Source: Acidobacteriota bacterium | GTDB lineage: Bacteria > Acidobacteriota > UBA890 > WLXD01 | DNA length: 64,000 nt | Assembly (NCBI GenBank): GCA_963666055.2 | Contig: CAXWPH010000006.1 | Span: 224,001 to 288,000, forward strand | Direction: 5' to 3' | In this document: one piece after another, positions 61,440 to 64,000 of the stretch | Numbering within the stretch: the first letter of the stretch is position 1 | Layout of the letters: each line of letters opens with the position of its first letter | Position numbers and translations under genes: made by a program | Notes under the pieces: model-generated | Database searches by the model: none | The model's input: the letters and a program-made list of their open reading frames with translations, nothing else | What the model was told of the DNA's origin: nothing

Positions 61440-62602
61440 TGGCCAGCATCCAGAGGTACGTCCTGAAAGACGGCAAGACGCCGCGCTGGGCGGCCATGTG
61501 GCGCGATCAGGCAGGCGAACAACACAAGAAGGTCTTCAAGCGCCGTATGGATGCCGACCGCTGGATCACGAAGGTGGCAGCCGAGGTCCAGGACGGCATG
61601 TGGAGGGACACACAGCCGGCCCTGATGCGAGAGCTCTTCAAGGCGTGGAACCGGGACCTCGACACGCGCGTGAAGATGGGCGAGGTCAAGATGTCCACGG
61701 CCGACACCTACCGCTGCAACGTCGGGAAGCACTTCGTGCCCGCGTTCGGAGATTACCGATCGGATCGGCTCACCGCCTCCGTCATGGCGGAGTGGCGCTC
61801 CGAGATGGCGGACAAGATCGAAGCCGGCGAGATGGCGCCGAAGAGCTTCAACAACCTGTTCAACCTGCTGCACTCGCTCCTGGAGTGGGCGCGACACCCA
61901 GCCCGAGGCTATATGAGGCACGATCCCTTGATCGGCCAGAAGCGGCTCACGATCCGACGTACCGAGGCCAGTTACCTCGAGGACGCCGAGATCGCCGCGC
62001 TGCTCGGCGCCGGGGCTGACGATGTGGAAGCCGACGCCCTCATCCACGTGGCTCTATTCGCTGGCCTGCGGCGCGGCGAGGTCTTTGGCCTGCATTGGGG
62101 CGACGTCGAGGTCAACGGCGATCGCGGCGGGCGGCTATGGGTGCGCCGCTCGCTGTACAAGGGCGAGGTGACTACACCGAAAACCGCGAACTCCGAGCGC
62201 ACCGTGGATGTACCCCGGCTCGTGCTCGACGCGCTGGCCCGGCACCGGGAGGCGTGCCCGCCCGTGGAAGGCGACTTCGTGTTCCGGACCAGCACCGGCG
62301 CTCCAATCGACCCCAACAGCTGGTACGGTCGAACGTTCTGCGAGATTCGGAAACGCGCCGCCCTTCCAGACAGTGTGGGGCTACACTCGCTGCGACACAC
62401 GTACGCGTCGCTCTTGATTCGCCAGGGCGAGAACCCGAAATACGTGTCCCGCCAGCTAGGACACTCCTCGACGTCGTTCACGATGGACGTGTACGGCCAC
62501 CTCTTCGAGACCACCAGCGCTCAGGCGATGGGGCGGCTTGACGGCGTGATCCGGAAGGCAAAGCAGAAGCGCTTTGAAGTCATCAAGGGCGGCACGGCCT
62601 AG
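61436..62602 (+). CDS. int: Tyrosine integrase
   Basis: GLRRGE, PKT, HSLRHTYAS, LGH, MDVYGH; N-terminal arm-binding-like domain. Confidence 0.95.
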   Translation: MMASIQRYVLKDGKTPRWAAMWRDQAGEQHKKVFKRRMDADRWITKVAAEVQDGMWRDTQPALMRELFKAWNRDLDTRVKMGEVKMSTADTYRCNVGKHFVPAFGDYRSDRLTASVMAEWRSEMADKIEAGEMAPKSFNNLFNLLHSLLEWARHPARGYMRHDPLIGQKRLTIRRTEASYLEDAEIAALLGAGADDVEADALIHVALFAGLRRGEVFGLHWGDVEVNGDRGGRLWVRRSLYKGEVTTPKTANSERTVDVPRLVLDALARHREACPPVEGDFVFRTSTGAPIDPNSWYGRTFCEIRKRAALPDSVGLHSLRHTYASLLIRQGENPKYVSRQLGHSSTSFTMDVYGHLFETTSAQAMGRLDGVIRKAKQKRFEVIKGGTA

Positions 62603-62766
62603 GCCAGCCAGTGGCGGTTTCGAGTAACGAGAAAGTAACGGGAGCAGCGGGAACGAGCGGTACTAGGCGGTTACACACGTAGAGCAGTCGAATCGTAAAC
62701 CACTGAAAACACTTGGTCTTTTGGTAGTTAGCGGGCCCAATCGGTAGCGAGCGGTAAATGCTAAAA

Positions 62767-62824
62767 TAGGTTCAGGACCTAGTGGGGGCAACCCCGTGGA
62801 GGTTCAAGTCCTCTCTTGGGCACT
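62767..62824 (+). repeat. attR: duplicated 3' part of tRNA-Leu
   Basis: Identical to 17027-17084. Confidence 0.92.
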
Positions 62825-63195
62825 ACTCGTAAGCTATTGACAGGAAAGATGTAAAGGGGATTCGGCTGAGATCGGTCCGGGTTCCCTTTTCATCTTTTGT
62901 GGCTCCCATGCCACGGTTATGCCACAACTCGAACACGTCGTTCTATTCCGCTGCGTCATCTGGGCCGCGCTGGAGCCTGCGCAGGTACTTGTCAGGCACG
63001 CCCACTTGTCCGCCGGACCTTCCCCGACGCCACGGTGTGATTCCGGTCGTCCCCTCGGAAATCAACGACTTACGGCATTACGAGGATTCCGAGCAGATAG
63101 CTCGGTTCAGGGACAGAAAAGGGACAATTAGGGGACAGTCCGCACGTCTCAAATCGGGTCGGATGACGGCAGCCCCACGGGGACGCTAGGCGCTG

Positions 63196-63243
63196 GCTGA
63201 TTCGTAATCAGCAGGTTCGCGGTTCGAATCCGCACGCCGGCTC
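63196..63243 (+). pseudogene. tRNA-Thr(CGT) 3' fragment (att remnant)
   Basis: GCTGA-TTCGTAA-TCAGC anticodon arm, GGTTCGAATCC T arm, GCCGGCT; no D arm or 5' acceptor strand. Confidence 0.75.
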
Positions 63244-63611
63244 TGCAATTTTAGGAATATGGATTTGTCGCGGTCACGCAACGGTCACGGCTGGCGGCGT
63301 GATGAAGGCGGGCCGAGAACTCGCCGGTTCGGGAGTCCTTGGGGAGTCCTTGCCAGATGGCCCCACGAATTCCGCACGCTGACGGTGCGGCGCGAACCAC
63401 CCAAGCCGGTCGGCGAAGATCGGTGCTCAGAGCGCCACTGGAAAGCCGCCTACTTCGACCGACCGATCACCGACAAGCAGCACACGAGGAAGTTTTTCGT
63501 TCGCATTGGCCCCTCTCCTGTGGGCTTCGATTCGAGGTCTACCCGTTTGCCCGTTGACTACCGGGGGCCTTGTAGGTGTTAGACAGCGAACCTCGCAAGG
63601 ATCTGCCGTCA

Positions 63612-64000
63612 CTACTTCCCAGCCGATGCCGGCGTGAGTTCCATGCCTAGCTGCGACAAGAGATTAAGCTCGTCATCAAGGCTCCAAGCCTCCGTAAGTA
63701 CTCCGTCGATTACGGTCATCATGTATGAGCCGGCGTACTTGAATTGTCTCCCAGTTGGCGCGATCCCCTGAAACTCGCCCAGATGGGTGCCGCCGAGGAC
63801 CACCCTGGCCGCAACGCGGTCGCCCTCCGCGATGATCTCCTCAACGGTATGCGTATAGTCCGGGAAGCTCCGGTAGAAGCCCCGGATCAGCTCAAAGGTT
63901 GCATCTCTACCAACGCTCCGATCCGCGCCGCCGATAGAGCGAGCGCGGACGATAAAATCGTCGTCCATCAGGTCCGTTAAAGCGTTGAAATCCTGAGCGT
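63612..64000 (-). CDS. SnoaL-like ester cyclase (start probably beyond the window)
   Basis: SFPD..IIAEGDRVA..GTHLGEFQGIAPTGR. Confidence 0.85.
   Translation of the reverse strand, partial: AQDFNALTDLMDDDFIVRARSIGGADRSVGRDATFELIRGFYRSFPDYTHTVEEIIAEGDRVAARVVLGGTHLGEFQGIAPTGRQFKYAGSYMMTVIDGVLTEAWSLDDELNLLSQLGMELTPASAGK

Larger units (their letters stand above)
17027..62824. mobile_element. ~45.7 kb integrative island in tRNA-Leu(CAG)
   Basis: Exact 58-bp direct repeat 17027-17084 / 62767-62824; tyrosine integrase ends ~165 bp before the right repeat; shared GTAACG arm motifs at both ends. Confidence 0.85.

Noticed and set aside
54203-62602. Complete prophage
   Set aside because: No portal, capsid, tail or lysis genes were recognised between the att sites.

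Overview
High-GC bacterial chromosome segment. The Ser/Thr kinase-TolB-propeller paralogs are suggestive of Acidobacteriota, but this is an inference. A short core block (tRNA-Ile(CAT), Na+/proline symporter, dnaG, mutS2, ftsX, ftsE, gatB, rnr, a GT-C-like membrane protein, tRNA-Leu(CAG)) is flanked by mobile DNA. Left of tRNA-Ile lies the end of an AT-richer island encoding a HerA/VirB4-like ATPase-wHTH-nuclease fusion and a Zn-finger protein. A ~45.7 kb island runs from tRNA-Leu (17027-17084) to an exact 58-bp copy of its 3' part (62767-62824). It has four parts: (i) two tRNA-Lys 5'-half repeats; (ii) a defence-like cluster (HEPN-motif protein, double-nuclease fusion, Hhe-like SF1 helicase-nuclease, a coupled SNF2-Mre11-Rad50 operon, a TPR/J-domain protein); (iii) an array in which a repeated promoter and the 5' and 3' ends of kinase genes frame unrelated passenger genes; (iv) a satellite-like core (tyrosine integrase, regulators, Xis, DnaB-N/RecA helicase, repeat-rich putative ori, TerS-like, TerL) with no capsid or portal gene. 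A tRNA-Thr 3' remnant follows the island. All calls come from motif reading by eye; no database searches were run.
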